A stretch of DNA of 64,000 bases from NCBI RefSeq assembly GCF_009914755.1, contig NC_060934.1; one strand, given 5' to 3'. This stretch comes from the human T2T-CHM13v2.0 reference genome, Homo sapiens. The notes below the pieces were generated by a model. That model had not been told where the DNA came from and made no database searches. It saw only the letters and a list, made by a program, of their open reading frames with translations. Numbering within the stretch: position 1 is the first letter of the stretch; every line of letters begins with the position of its first letter. The translations under genes were made by a program, and so were the position numbers. Of the stretch, positions 13,229-36,587 are shown piece by piece.

Positions 13229-15034
13229 GCAAGTACTTTAGCTTCAGACATGCCTGAGGTTAAATCCCGATCCTGCCCTTAGTAGCTATCTATGCATCTT
13301 TGGGTAGAGTGCATGTCCTCTTGGAGACTTTGTCCCCTAATCTGAAGCATTTGTGGAGAGAATAAAATCAGATATTACATATAGAGCATTTAGCACAACA
13401 CCTGGCACTTGATAGAGGCTCAAAAATCTTATATCCTTCTCTCTCCTTTAGATAAATACCGTGCTGTTCACAGAAAACTATGAAATGTTAATTATTCAAA
13501 TTAGAAGCAATATTTTTTAACAGACTGTGTGATATGTACTATAAAATATAAACTCTAAGGGAAAGATCTCAAGAAAGCAAAAGCTGTTAGACTAAACGCA
13601 ATCAACTAAGTCTATATTTTGGAATAAATCATCCTTGGCTATCTTCACATATTGACATGGACTAACATTTGCTAGCAGATGAACACAAGCAGTGGGTGCC
13701 AAATTTCAAGAAAAGTATTTTGGATAGAAAAATTGCAAAAAAAAAATGGGGTGAAGAAAAGTCCCTATTAATTATGTTTTGAACAAGTTGAAAAATTCTG
13801 ACATTATTTGATTTTAACCTCAGAAACTTCAGCTCAAGTCATAAAATAAGAATAATCTATGGGGACATAGTGGGAAGAACCTTTCAGATAAATCCAAATT
13901 GCCTGCCTTTAACTTCCAAATGCCTTTAGTTTGGTTCCAACTGATCTTTTCAAAGTTTTCTCCCTGAAAGCCCTGTGTCCTAGTCAGATTAGTCTGAAGG
14001 CCCCTGGCGAATTTCCTTCGTGCTTATCACTGCACCTGCTTTTCTGTTATTTCTACACCCAGGTGACAAACTCCAATGCTACAGCTCCAGGCCATGACAA
14101 AATGCAGACCCAGAGTGACTGGATCTTATAATTTTTTAAGAGAAGCTGGGACACTGGAATTTGGTGTGCAGTTTCCTAATTTTTAAATATGTAAAACTAA
14201 TTTAAAATGTTTAAAAAAAATTGAGTTAGCTAAAGAAAACATACCTGCAGGCTAGATTAAATCCCCAATAAGCAGCTCTGATCTTTGCAAATCATTGAGG
14301 TGTGCAGCTCAAGTGTCCTTCCTCAGTGCTGAGTGTCTGGAGTGATTCCATCTTCCCACACATATGTCTTCTTTTGGACTCAACTTCCTCTTGTACTTTG
14401 ATTCTTTTCTCTCTTTAGAACATATTTATGGGCTCTTTTAAGCTACTGTTTAATGTTATTTTAAGTTTCTGGAGGGAATGATTATATATTGAAATAATTT
14501 TTATCTTGTACTATTTTTCTAAACTCAGAATACAGTGAATTGGGTGAATGAATAAATTACATCAAAGCTTCTTTTCCAATTTCTATTGATATAATGATCA
14601 TCATCTGTTTATCCAATAAATTCTTTTTTTATTTTTACTTCTCCATATATTTGGCTATGGAGCAAGAAGTCATCTACGATCTTTCTTTCACCCCAATTCA
14701 AGAAGGGCACAATCAACAAATATAGATGAAAACACGTGTATTTGGACATAAGGCTTATTCTAACCAGTCAAGTTGAGGTATTCTTCTATGCACACTGGCT
14801 CTAGAAAAAAGACCCTGATAGGTGAAATTATTTGGGAGGATTTTTGTGTTACTTATTCATAAGCTGCCTTCATCATCTTGTTTGTTTGAGGTATTTACAC
14901 TTTCTGTTATATCAGAAAGGAAACTATATTTAATTCTAATATCAAAAATCTTAAACTGAATCCAATTTAAACCAAACTATTTATGTACCACAGTGTCATA
15001 TTTTGGTTTGTTTTGGTTTGGTTTTAATAATTAT

Positions 15035-15512
15035 TTTTTATTTTTATTTCAATAATTTCTGGGGTATGGGTGGTTTTGGGGGCACATGGATAAGTTCTTT
15101 GGTGGTAATTTCTGAGATTTGGATCCACCTATCTCCCAAGCAGTGTAGACTATACCCAATGTGTAGACTTTTATCCCTCATCCCCATCCCCACCTCCCCG
15201 AAGTCCCCAAAGTCCATTTTATCATTCTTATGCCTTTGCATCCTCATAGCTTAGCTCCCACTTATGAGTGAGAACATACAATATTTGGTTGTCCATTCCT
15301 GAGTTATTACACTTCACTTAGAAACATAGCCTCCGGCTCCATCCAGGTTCCTGCAAAAAGCATTATTTTGTTCCTTTTTATGGCTGAGGAGTATTCCATG
15401 GTGTGTATATACCACATTTTCTTTATCAACTCGTTGGTTGATGGGCACTTAGGTTGGTTCCATATCTTTGCAATTGCGAGTTGTGCTGCTATAAGCATGC
15501 ATGTGCATGTGT
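15035..15512 (-). mobile_element. L1PB/L1MA 3' fragment
   Basis: Reverse strand encodes ORF2 C-terminus AKIWNQPKCPS..KKMWYIHTMEY followed by 3'UTR. Confidence 0.85.
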
Positions 15513-16876
15513 GATATGTTTTTTGAATTTTATAGCCCATAAGTGGCTTCCATTTGTGTGAGGAAATTGAGAAATGTCTATGTGTTGAAACAAAAAAACT
15601 CCACTTCTGTTTTGATTCATGTCCTTTCTTCCCTAACCATGTCCAATGTGTCCTTTGTGGAAGTTTTTGTTGTATCAGTCCATTATAGGCTATAGTGACT
15701 TTTGTCTATAGTTCAAATTGCTGTCCAAATTTTAAAGTACTGCTGCTATTATGACAACTCCGGGCTGTTGCAATTGATGGATGGCAGCAAGACACAGTTT
15801 GAGAACATCGGCTTCATACAAAGTACTGCTTACCAGCAGTTATAGCTGGGGAGGACTAATTAATTTCTGGAGCTTCTGTTTTCTCACCTGTAAAATGAGG
15901 ATTGTAATATGTAGTTAATGGAAGCATTAAGAGAATTAAAAGGTATATGTAAACTATAAGTACTAAAAAAAAATTGTAGCTATTACTCATTTTCCCTTTC
16001 CCTTCCCCTCCTTTCTACCCTTCTGATGTGAGAATCTATGGAATCTGCCCACTTTTCCTCCAAAAGGATGTGGACTCTCAAGAAGATGTTTTTATTTGGT
16101 TTGAATCCCATTTGTAATTTCTCTCCACAGAGGTACTTTAAATATTGTTGGATATTTATTTCATCCATTTATTAATCTGACAAATATTTGTTTTTCCTTT
16201 GAGTCATCTATAGAATGAAATGAAAGCTGAGTTTATGAAAATTACAATATATACTGAAACATAATTTATTAATCAGAGTGATGCCATCAAAGTAAATTAT
16301 GCTCTTCTCTAAACGGGCAAATTTAAATACAAGAAGGAAGAAGGCTTGCTGGTTACAAGGTTAAAAATTAACAGGAAATCTTTGTGTGATCTAATTTAGC
16401 CATGTGTTAACTACAAGGCCAGCATTGGAGACTCATTAGAAAAGGATATCAAAATTTTAATAAGATGTAAAGTGCAAGACATAATTATATAGTGTTTTAC
16501 CTTATGACAGGTACTTACAAGAGCCTCAGCATTCATTCATCCAAGAATTACTTACAGGCATTGAACACCATGCATATACTAAACAGGTGGGAAGCATCTG
16601 TAATTAGTAAATATAATATTGTATCCAGATTAGGCAGTGATTCCTTGACAGAAGATGGAATCCAATAGACTTACTAAGGGATTCCTTGTCTTAACAATGA
16701 TAGGAGAAAATAAAGGATTTTTATAGGTTAGCCTCAAAAAGAGAAGGCTAACGAATAAATCAGAATTGGTTTCAAAATATAAAGGATTTCAATGAGAAAA
16801 GAAATGAAAGGTTTTTAATTATCATTGTAAAGTCAAGACAATAAAACTGACCTAAAGAGAGTGAGAGATTTTTCTG

Positions 16877-17298
16877 ATGATTGGATAAAGAAAATTTGTA
16901 TATAGACATAATGGAATATTATTCAGCCATAAAGAGAGAATAAAATCATATCTTTTGCAGTAACACAGATGGAACTAGAGGCCATTATTGTGATAGAAAC
17001 AACTCAGACGTAGAAAGACAAATCTTGCATGTTCTCACATATAAGTGGGAGCTAAATCATGTGTACATATGGACATAGAGTACAGCATGGTAGACACCGG
17101 AGACTCAAAATGTTGAGGGAGCGGAAATGAGGTGGATGATGAGAAATTGCTTAATGGATACAATATGCAGTATTTGGGTGGTGAATACTCTAAAAGCCCT
17201 GATTTCACCACCATGCAATCTATGCATGCAACAACATTGCACTTGTACCCCATAAATACATATACATAAAAGTAAACAAATAAAACAAGAAGAAAAAA
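16877..17298 (+). mobile_element. L1MA-type 3' fragment
   Basis: GGATAAAGAAAAT..ATGGAATATTATTCAGCCATAAA, 3'UTR and A-rich tail. Confidence 0.8.
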
Positions 17299-17749
17299 TG
17301 ATTCCTGATGAGCCAAATGAAAAACTACAGAGGTGCTAAAGCACAAGAAATTCTTAGGAAAGTTTTACATTTTTTGTCTAGGAGGTCTCAAGACAAAACA
17401 ATCATTCACCTTCAGAGAGGGTTTCAACGTTGATTGACATTGAAAGTGCGTGACATGTAATTATATATGTTGTAACAAAACGTCAAAGATTCTCCTTTGT
17501 TATCACTCCCACACGTACCATTCAAAAGATTGCTGAAAAACAGCTATTCATCTTTTACTTCAAAATCTTTAGAGAAATCATTCACTCACTGCTTTTCGAT
17601 AATATATCATAGCATCTTTATTTCTCCCAGCTATGGTGTTTCTTGATGTACACCCTAAATTACTGGGCAGAAGAAACAACTGACCTAGGATGTTCTGCGT
17701 ACCCACCTACTATGAAAAGCCTGAAGTGTTAAAACCAACTTAGAGACTG

Positions 17750-18523
17750 TTTTTCTTTTCTTTCAACTTTTATTTTAGGTTCAGGGGATGCATGTGCGGG
17801 TTTATTACGTGGGTGTATTGTGTGACATTGAGGTTTGGGATATGAATGCTTCTGTCACCCAGGTAGTGAGCATAGGACTCAATAGTTAGTTTTTCAGCCC
17901 TGGCCCCACTTCCTTTCTCCATCTAGTAGTCCCCAGTGTCTATTGTTGCCATCTTTATGTCCATGTGTACCCGATGTTTGGTTCCTACTTATAAGTGAGA
18001 ACCTGTGGTATTTGGTTTTCTGTTTATGCATTAATTCATTTAGGATAATGGCCTCCAGCTGTATCCATGTTGCTGCAATGGCTATGATATTGTTCTTTTT
18101 TATGGCTTTTTCTTTATCCAACCCACAATTGATGGGCACCTGAGTTGATTCCATGTCTTTGGTATTATGAATAGTGGAGCAATGAACATATGAACGCAGC
18201 TATCTTTATGGTAGAATGTTTTAGTTTCTTTTGGATATATACCCAGTCATGGGATTGCTGGGTCAAATGGTAGCTCTGCTTTAAGTTCTTTGAGAAACCT
18301 CCAAACTGCTTTCCACAGTGGCTGGACTAAATTTTCATTCCCACCCATAGTGTGTAAGCCTTCCTTTTTCTCCATAACCTTGCCAGCATCGGTTATTTTT
18401 TGACTTTTTAATAACAGCCATTATGATTGATGTAATACGGTATCTCACTGAGTTTTGTTTGCATTTCTCTGATGATCAGTGATGTTGAGCTTTTTTCATA
18501 GGCCTGTTGGCCACATGCATGTC
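17750..18523 (-). mobile_element. Old L1PA/L1PB 3' fragment
   Basis: L1 3'UTR and ORF2 end; TSD-like TAGAGACTG (17741) and TAGAGATTG (18524). Confidence 0.85.
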
Positions 18524-18658
18524 TAGAGATTGCTCTCTCAAGTCAGATTTCATCTAGTGAGTTCTCATACCCAGTATGCTAAGGATAAAGATCATTTGCT
18601 TTCCTTTTATTCACTGTTGGAAACAATTTATGCCAGAAAAAAATATATGCCTTCAATT

Positions 18659-18976
18659 TTTAAAAATGTATTAATTTTTGTGGGTACATAGTAGTTGTAT
18701 ATGTTTTTGAGGTACATGAGATGTTTTGAGACAGGCATGCAATGAGAAATAATCCCATCATGGAGAATAGGGTATCCATTCCCTCAAGCATTTATTCTTT
18801 GTGTTCCAAACAATCCAATTACACTCCCTTACTTACTTTAAAATGTATAATTATTTAAAATGTACAATTATTATTGACATAGTCACTCTGTTGTATTATC
18901 AAATAGTATACCTTATTTATTCTATTTTTGTACCCGTTAATTATTCCCATCTCCTCCCACCACAGCCCTCTACCAA
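18659..18976 (-). mobile_element. L1MA 3'UTR fragment
   Basis: GGTACATGAGATGTTTTG...GGGTATCCATTCCCTCAAGCATTT; TSD CTTCAATT on both sides. Confidence 0.8.
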
Positions 18977-19149
18977 CTTCAATTAATTAGAGTCATTTCT
19001 ACTATTTTTATTGGAAAAAGACTTGCATAATTAAAGGTCAGATTTTTATATGTGAGAGACATGGAGTAGGAGAGATAAATGGCCTGTAATTAAAAGTCAG
19101 GACAAGACCGCTGGTGAGCTACAGAGCAGTTGGGAACATCTGTAGACTC

Positions 19150-19284
19150 CAACAACCATATAATTCATTATCCAAACTAGAACACTTTTGAGAGTGAAAA
19201 GCTGAGGAGCTGTTAATCATAATAGCAGGACAAAAGGTATAAACTGGAACTGTCCCAGACAAACCTGGATATAGGGTCACCCAA
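19150..19284. mobile_element. hAT-Blackjack MITE (MER94-like)
   Basis: CCATATAATT..CCAAAC..ACACTTTTGAGAGTGAAA...GGTCACCC. Confidence 0.55.
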
Positions 19285-19319
19285 TCTATAACCAAATGTC
19301 ATACACAATAAAAATGATG

Positions 19320-19621
<302 letters not shown>

Positions 19622-21762
19622 ACAATAAAAAATGATGTTAGGACCTCTTTAAGTTACACCAAAAAAGGAGCTTCCCTGTACGTGATTTACAGACACCTAG
19701 AATGACTACTTTGACAATGTGTGACCATAAAATGAGGAAGAATACCTACATCACTTAAATTCATTCTTACACCTGTTACCAAAGAAAATGCTGAACTTCC
19801 AGGATATCTCTCTTACATTCTTTCTTTTGCTCATAGGATAGTTCAAAGAAGCAGTGTTAAAAAAGAAACATGGTAATTAGACTGCCACTGTTCATGAATG
19901 AGAAATTTCTGAACTCATCTCCCGTGAGAAGAGTATGCTTCTTAGCCTAACACAAACAGCAAACGTTGCATTCGCTCTGTACGTGATGGTATCTTGTATT
20001 TGCCAGAAAGCTCTGAATCAGGAAATTAGCCGTCATGAAATTAGATAATACACTTCCATTGCTTATCAGAAAGCAAATTTTCTGGGTGACCCTGACACAG
20101 GATCCTTAAGAACAATTCTTCTTCCAAATCGGCATTATTTTATTTCCAATATATATGACTCTTCTGAGAGATGTATTTTTTGTAAATATCAGATGCTCTT
20201 GCTAGCTAGTGCACAGAGTTGCTCTCAGCTGGTTCTAATCATTGTTCTTTTATTCCCCTTTAACACTTTCCTGTCCCTCCCATGTCTCAAGTTACCATAC
20301 CCAGCTAAATATCTAAGCATCGCTTAAGAAACCCATTTTCCTCACCTGTAAAACGAAAATTTCAGGCTAAGCAATGCTTAAGAGGCTTTCCTAGCTTTAA
20401 ATTTCTGCAATTACATCTCATTGGTACCATTGCAAGTGTGTCCAAAAATAGCATCCACCTTTTACTCCCTGCTTCGATTGTGACACTACAACATTCTGTT
20501 ATAAACACCATTTGTATTTCTAAGTACTCTGCTCTCAGAAACCAGGACTCTTTACTGCAGAACCTAATCAATCTAGATTTTTTTATTGTAGAATATAAGA
20601 CTTCCAATGACTGAGTTTCTAATAACTTTCTAGCCCGTCTTTGATTATTCCTTCACAGTCCCTCTCAGGAAGCCAGTCCAAATAACTCACTCTGATGAAA
20701 CATAATTTTTCAAGGTTTCGACAGTTTGTTTCTGTTTCTTTTCTAATTTGTATTACCCTCTCTTTACTTTATAGTTGACATATCTATTACATACTTCAGG
20801 ATTCAAACTATTTTCTTCTAAATATTTTGCCTTAATCCCCTTTCTCATGACTATTTATAGATTTAATCAATTTTCTATTATTTTTCATACAATGATAGCC
20901 TTCATTCATGTTTATTTAACAAACATAGGGGGATAATTATTATGTGTACAAGGCACTGAGCCAAAAGCTATGAACAAAACAAAATGGTGAAAGTTCCTGC
21001 CCTTATGGAGCTTACATTTTATGGAGAAGACAGACCATTGGCCTTAAATGAATGCTAAATAATAACAGCAATAATACTACTGATAATGAAGCAAGGAAGA
21101 AAGAAAGTGAGCAGAGGAGAGGCATCACTGAAGAGATGGCACCTGAGGGTGGCATTTGAAAGAAATGAGGGAATAAATCATCTGAAAATCTCGTAGAATC
21201 ATTTTCCAGTGAAGATGAAGGGCAGGGGCCCAGAGGTGAGAACAAGGTTTAAGCAGTAACAATAAGATTGATGGGGCTGGAGCCAAAATCCTACCTTACC
21301 CGCTTATCCTGTTGGCCTTCCTATTCCTCATTGATCCCCTCATTCACTCTGATTTAGCTGCTCTGGCTCCCATACAATGCCTCAAACATATTAAGCACGT
21401 TCCAACCTCGGGGGCTTTGCACGTGCTGTTTGCCCCACTCAGAATGCTCTTTACTAGAAGATTTCATGCTGCTTCTATCTGTTTGGAGTTCTGATTAAAC
21501 ATCACTTAACAACTTTCTCTCCCCTTGCCTGGCTTTACTTTTATCCATAGATATGATTCCACGTGGATTTGCAATTTTATTTGCCTGCCTCCATCTGCTG
21601 GAATATAGTTCTAGCTGTTTTGTTCATTTCCTCAAATTTCAGGACATTTCCTAGCAGATAGATGGGACTCAATAAACATCTGTTTGATGTGTGGTCCATG
21701 AAAGTTTATAAAACTCAACAGTTCCTACCAACCTGGCAACATGAATGTGTAGTATGTCAAAG

Positions 21763-27910
<6,148 letters not shown>

Positions 27911-28139
27911 CTCCTGTAATCTAGATTCTTAAGGCGTGCTTCAGATCCACCAATACAAAATATTCCAATTTGGAGGTCAAGAGATATTAATATAGTTGAG
28001 AAGAACTTCACTCCTTTCTGATGCCACACAAATAGTAGTGGCCAGGGTTTTTCCATTAACACTCCTTGTTATGAACTGAATGTTTGTGTCTCCGCACAAT
28101 GTATAGGTTAACATCTAATCCCTACTGGGACAATGTTAG

Positions 28140-28478
<339 letters not shown>

Positions 28479-28530
28479 TAGAAAGTGATTAGGTCATGAG
28501 AGTGGAACCCCCATGAATAGGATTAGTGCC

Positions 28531-28874
28531 TGATATGGTTTGGCTGTGTCCCCACCGAAATCTCATCTTGAATTCTCCCAGTGGGAGTTAATTGAGGTAA
28601 TTCTCCCAGGAGGCAAGTCTTTCCTGTGCTGTTCTTGTAATAGTGAATAAGTCTTACAAGATCTGATGGTTTTAGAAAGAGAAATTCCCCTGCACAACCT
28701 GTCTTTGTCTGCTGCCATCCATGTAAGAGGTGACTTGCTCCTCCTTGCCTTACCCTCTAATTGTGAGGCTTCCCCAGCCACGTGGAACTGTTTAAGTCCA
28801 TTAACCCTTTTTCCTGTATAAATTCCCCAGTCTCAGGTATGTCATTATCAGCAACATGAAAACAGACTAATACA
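28531..28874 (+). mobile_element. THE1A/B solo LTR
   Basis: TGATATGGTTTGGCTGTGTCCCCACC...AACAGACTAATACA. Confidence 0.9.
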
Positions 28875-29873
28875 ATACCATTATAAAAGGAAACCCACAG
28901 AGCTCTCTCTCCTCCATTTAGGGACACAAGAAGAAGTTGGGCAGTCAGCACCAGAAAGAGGGTCCTCACCAGAACATGACCATGGTGGCATCCTGATCTC
29001 AGACTCCCAGACCTTAGAGCCATGAGAAATCAATACCAGTTGTTCATAACTCACTCAGTCTGTGGTACTTTGTTTAGCAGTCTGAGCTGACTGAGGCACC
29101 ACCTCTGACCTGTGGGTATCAAGATCCTTAGATAGCATCCTGGCTATTCCCATGAGGCAGCCCAGGTAGGGTTGACAAACCCTCATGATACAGGTTTATT
29201 TCCCAATGCTGGATAATCCTGGTGTCATTCTAAACCCAAAAATATATTCCTACCCCTCCCTTGATGCTCAAGATTTTTTAGAAAAAATTTCTCTCCCTGA
29301 ACTGCAAAGAAATTTCACCAGTACTCTACAGGTGACGATTTCTTGCTTTTGTCCCCACAGATTAATGATTTTGTTTCATAGGGGAGAAAGAAAAGAATTC
29401 ACTCTGAGTTTCTTGCCTCTGATGCCTCCATCCCCATCCTGCAGATTTTCCTAGGATTTTCCCAGTCTTCTGTGACCACCTAGAGGAGTTCATGAAGGAA
29501 AAGCCTGCAAGCATGGGGGGCCCCCCTGTATTTATAGTCCACTTCCCCCAGGGGATTCACCCTCTCATTGAAGTACACACTCAACCAGGCTCCACCTATT
29601 TACCCACCAGCCCTAGCAGGAGTCTGCTTATGGAGTCCGCTGCATCTGCCCAGAAAAGCCAGTGTTTGCAGCTCTTGTCTCTCCCTGCAGGCACCCGTCT
29701 CTCCCTAGACTCTGGGACGGTTGGTTGCCTCTCCACTATTCCAATGGTTAGGAAAAGGAACATTCAAGACAGGTTCAAAGGTATTGTCTTTCTAGCTTTT
29801 TAAAAACTGACATTTGGGAGCGAGGGTATTTCCAGCTATCTACATCTAAGTGGAAACTAGAAATGTTTGGATA

Positions 29874-30174
29874 TTTTGTTTTGTTTTGAGACAGGGTCTC
29901 ACCCTGTCACCCAGGCTGGATGGAGTGCAGTGGTACAATAACATCTCACTGCAGCCTCAACCTCCCGAGCTCAAATAATCCTCCCACCTCAGCCTCCCAA
30001 GTATCTGGGACTACAGGTGTGCCACCATGCCCAGCTAACTTTACTTTTATTTTTTGTACAGATGAAGACACACTGTGTTGCCCAGGCTGGTCTTGAACTC
30101 CTGGGGCCAACCAACCTGCCCACCTTGGTCCCCTGAAGTGCTGAGATTACAGGCCTGAGCCATGGTGCCTGGCC
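29874..30174 (-). mobile_element. Alu (AluJ-like)
   Basis: Reverse-strand Alu dimer with GATAT on both flanks. Confidence 0.9.
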
Positions 30175-31749
30175 AGATATGTCTCTTAAAGCTCCTCTAC
30201 TAGTCCTTACTATTGGGCCTGCCCAGCTCCTGACCCATTTTCTGTGAACTCTGCCCACATCTCACCCCTCCCCTCACATAGTTAGTGTAGGAACAACCAT
30301 TTTGCAACCTGTTGTCATCTCCCTTAAGACCAGAATTGGTCTAGGGTTGAGCAGTTGAGTTAATCCAGAAATGTCACAACTGGGATTAGGAGAAAGAAAT
30401 TCTGTCTCTCTCTCTCTCTTTTCTCTCTGTGTCTCCACTCCTCTTTCTCTATGATTAAATGTTTGCTGGGTTTTCTGCCATTTGGACTGAGAAGTAGAGA
30501 AAGTCATCTGAAGACAGAGATGGAATGGCTATACAGAGATCAGAGAAAAGCACAGAGGTCAGACCATTCTGGATGCTAAACTCCTATCATGTCGTTGAGT
30601 CCGTTACAATGCCAGAGTTCCTTATAGCTTAAGTGATTGTTAATAGGGTCTTTTTGTAAAAAAAAATAACCAAATATATCCCAACTCCAATAGCTCCCCA
30701 GGCGATTTTGATCCACATAGAGTTTGAAACCATTATCCTAATTATCACCTCACTATTTCTTGACCACATAGTGACATCCACAATCACCTTAAAAAATTTT
30801 AATTTTCAGCCCACAATTTGGCAAAGTGGATTATAAATTCATTACCCTAGTTAGGCATTGAGAATTAAAAATAAGTTCATAGCCTGCTGTTTTCATCATT
30901 ATTACTGAATCTGGGAACCTTTCTTCTCTTCATCTTCTATTTTCCATTAAAATCTAAAGTGATGGCTATTAGAGGAAGAGCAGAGAATCAGCCAGTGAGC
31001 ATTGGTGAACAGGGTTCCAGAAAGAATAATTTCCTGTTGTAACTTTTCTTACACCAGCCTTGGCCCAGATGATCTTACACCAACCTTGGCCCAGATGATG
31101 GTTGAAGTGTTTGTTCATCAAAACAAAATTATACTGCCAAGGAAAAATACAATTATTTTGCCTTTTAATAAGAAGACCTTGCATTTTCTATCTAGGGAAA
31201 CAGCTTCTGGAGTTAAATATCTCCCAAGATAATAAAGAACTAAGATGAAGGCAATTTTAAGTAATTGTGTATATGACAAAATGGATGAAAATGCTCAGAG
31301 ACTTGCATAATTCATACACATTTTCTACAGATTGCAGGCAGGAGTAAATGTTTACTAATTAGGTTGGTAGCCTATTATTCGAAAAAATGAAACTTGATTA
31401 TAATAATTGTTACTCATTTATCCTGCAAAAACCTTCCAACTGCCAAAGTAAAAAGTCTTTTTCAGGCAGTTAATAGTTGCTCATTTCATACCCTTGGCGC
31501 ATTCTGTTTTCCCACTAGAGACATATGTATGCTGTTCAGTAGATGCTGTGAGATGATAACGACCAACTGGGATCATTTGGGCACTTATGAAATTTATAGG
31601 AACATAATTTTTTCTCTAAATTGACTGAACTTGGAATGGAATTATAATGATCCCAAACAGATAAAAATACAACGTATTTTCCTTTTAGGTTCCTCAACAG
31701 TTATTTAATTTAAAATGCATTGCATTTTGGTATTTAAATAAGTTCACTG

Positions 31750-31870
31750 TCTGTTTGCAAATATCAATCACCTTCCAAACTATTACATAAGTGATCTCTT
31801 ACAACTGTATTTAAATTGTAAGAGATCACTTATATAATAGTTTGGAAAGTGATTGATATTTGCAAACAGA
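31750..31870. repeat. Near-perfect non-TE inverted repeat: 55-bp arms, 11-nt loop
   Basis: 31750-31804 is the reverse complement of 31816-31870 with 2 mismatches. Confidence 0.95.
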
Positions 31871-33406
31871 TACCAAAAGATACACTGCAGAGAATGAAAC
31901 AAAAGAACATTTCCACACAGCGTTTTTCTATTAGCACTTTTTCTTCCTCCTTGAAACATAGGCCCCAGGGAACTATACTCTCCTTTATCCTGACTAGTTG
32001 TGCAGCTGAACAGACATCCTCACGAGAGGAAGCTGTCATTCCCGATGCACTTTACAGAATAAACAATATACTTCCTTGTGACCACATTATACACTGCCAC
32101 GATCTCCTCCAATTTGGTACATTTGAGCCGGTAAGCCCCAGGAATCAATGTCATTGAACTGTGGGAGGTAAATGAAACAACTGTCCACCAGTTGTTTTAT
32201 TAAAGATTGGGCAGCTGGAATAGTCTCCAAGCAAATGTGTCTACAGCCCCTGGGGATTGCTAGAGACGAATGTTACAAAGTCTGACTTAAAGGAACACTT
32301 TTAGAGGAATACATTTCTTTTTTGACCCAAGCATCAATAATCTATTTTGCTTTCCTCTAACATGTATGTTGCCTGAGGGAAGGAAAAAAAAAAAAAAGTT
32401 TCCCTTTAAATAATAAAATCCAAAATGAGGTCAACATTTCCATCCCCAGCAGGTTACTCCAGTTTGAACTCTCCTCTTTTTAATCATGGATAATTTCACC
32501 AACAGCACAGCAGTCCTGCTAGTATACAGAAGATGAATTCTGTGTTTTCCTAGTTTGATGATTGCCTACTACGGTGCTGATGTGATGTGGATGCTAATGT
32601 TACTTTTCTGTGATTTATTGTTGACGGAGGAAAAATATTGCCTTGTTTTCCTTACAATGTGTAATGTTAAACCAGAAAAATAATGACTCAACAGTAACAT
32701 TTCTTCCTCATGAATACAGATTGGCATGCCAGAATTAAAATGAATGAATAGTAATTACATCTTGCTAGGGAGAAAGGAAGGGGAGGGACACCCATTGTCC
32801 ATGGCTAATATATGACCAGCCTCCTAAATCCATCAAAATCCCTTTATAGTTAATTAAATAACAATTAAATGACATGGTAATGTTATTTAACATTAATCAT
32901 AAAACCATATTTAACCATATTTAACTTGGTAATCATAAAATATGTACATATTGATGTGCCCTCCTAGGTATCCCCAAATTGCCCTCCTGGTAACAATTTT
33001 ATTGTATTGACCCCAAGAAATAAGTAGCAGGAAACACAAACACAACTGCCCAATCCATGACCTTGAGCTCAAAGATGAAGCCTTAAACCCAAAGATGAAG
33101 CTCGCTCCAGGGCATCTTTTCACTACCCCTTAACCACAGAGTATTAACTTGCAGAGTGTCTGCAAGATGCCAGACACTATGATGTATTGGTGCAGAAATA
33201 TAAACTCTGGGCCAGACTGCCTGGAGTCCTAACTCACCTTATTATTAACTTGCTGTGCGATCTCCAGTGATACTCACCTGCTCTGAGCTTCAGTTCTCTG
33301 TTGGTAATGTAGCAATAATAATCATACCTGCCCCTTGGGGTTGTTAGGAAAATTAAAAAAGTTAATGTTTATGAAATACTTAGAATAGTACCAGATGCCT
33401 TTAAAG

Positions 33407-33905
33407 CAGCAGTCCCCAACATTTTTGGCACCAGGACCCATTTTGTGAAAGACAGTTATTCCATGGACTGGGGTCCAGGGATGGTTTTGGGATGATTCAA
33501 GAGCATTACATTTATTGTGCACTTTATTTCTTTTATTGTTGCATTGTAAATGGAATACTTACACAACTCACCATTACAGAGAATCAGTGGGAGCCATGAG
33601 CTTGATGGTCCCACCTGGGGGTGATGGGAGATGCAGATCATCAGGCATTAGATTCTCATAGGAGCGTGACACCTAGATCCCTCACATATGCAGTTTCCAA
33701 TAGGATTCACGTTTGTACGAGAATCTAATGCTGCCACTGATCTGACCGGAGGCAGAGGTCATGCACTAATGTGAGTGATAGGGAATCGCTGTAAATACAG
33801 ATGAAGCTTCCTTTACTTGCCTGCCACTCACCTGCTTCTGTGCAGACCTGTTCCTAACAGGCCACAGACTGCTACTGGTCCATGGCCAGGGGGTTGGGGC
33901 CCCTG
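33407..33905. mobile_element. MER1A hAT-Charlie element
   Basis: TIRs CAGCAGTCCCCAAC / GTTGGGGCCCCTG; 8-bp TSD CTTTAAAG / CTTTAATG. Confidence 0.85.
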
Positions 33906-34421
33906 CTTTAATGCAGTTATTAAAACAGATAGAAGCTTAAATTAAAGACTTCCTAGGGGAAACTGTGACATCCTTAGCTTCAGAATTACCCTGTATTGTG
34001 TGGAAGTAGGTCAGATTCAGGAAATTTTTAAACCAGTCCAGCCTACACACATTTCAGACTTAATCAGATATTTTAAGAATATTTCTAGAGAGTCTTAAAG
34101 TCATCTGATGTTTTGAGATTGCCTAACCAAAAGTTCTGTTTCCTGACTTAGTACCCTCTTAACACACAGTGACGCTAGCATCCAGTATCCTAGGGTTTGC
34201 AGAATCTGCATACATTCATACTGCATTTCAGGGACTTATGGCACGTATGTGAATGTGGTTGGTGGTTTCTTATTCCAGTATCTTATTGAAGTTAGGAAGT
34301 GTGGAATAATGGAAGGGACATGAATTAGGACTCAAAATAAAACTAGGGTCTGACCCATCCCCTATTTAAAGGGCAGATCTTGTTTTGCCTACCTGGGATT
34401 AAATATGTGAATCACAACTGA

Positions 34422-36587
<2,166 letters not shown>

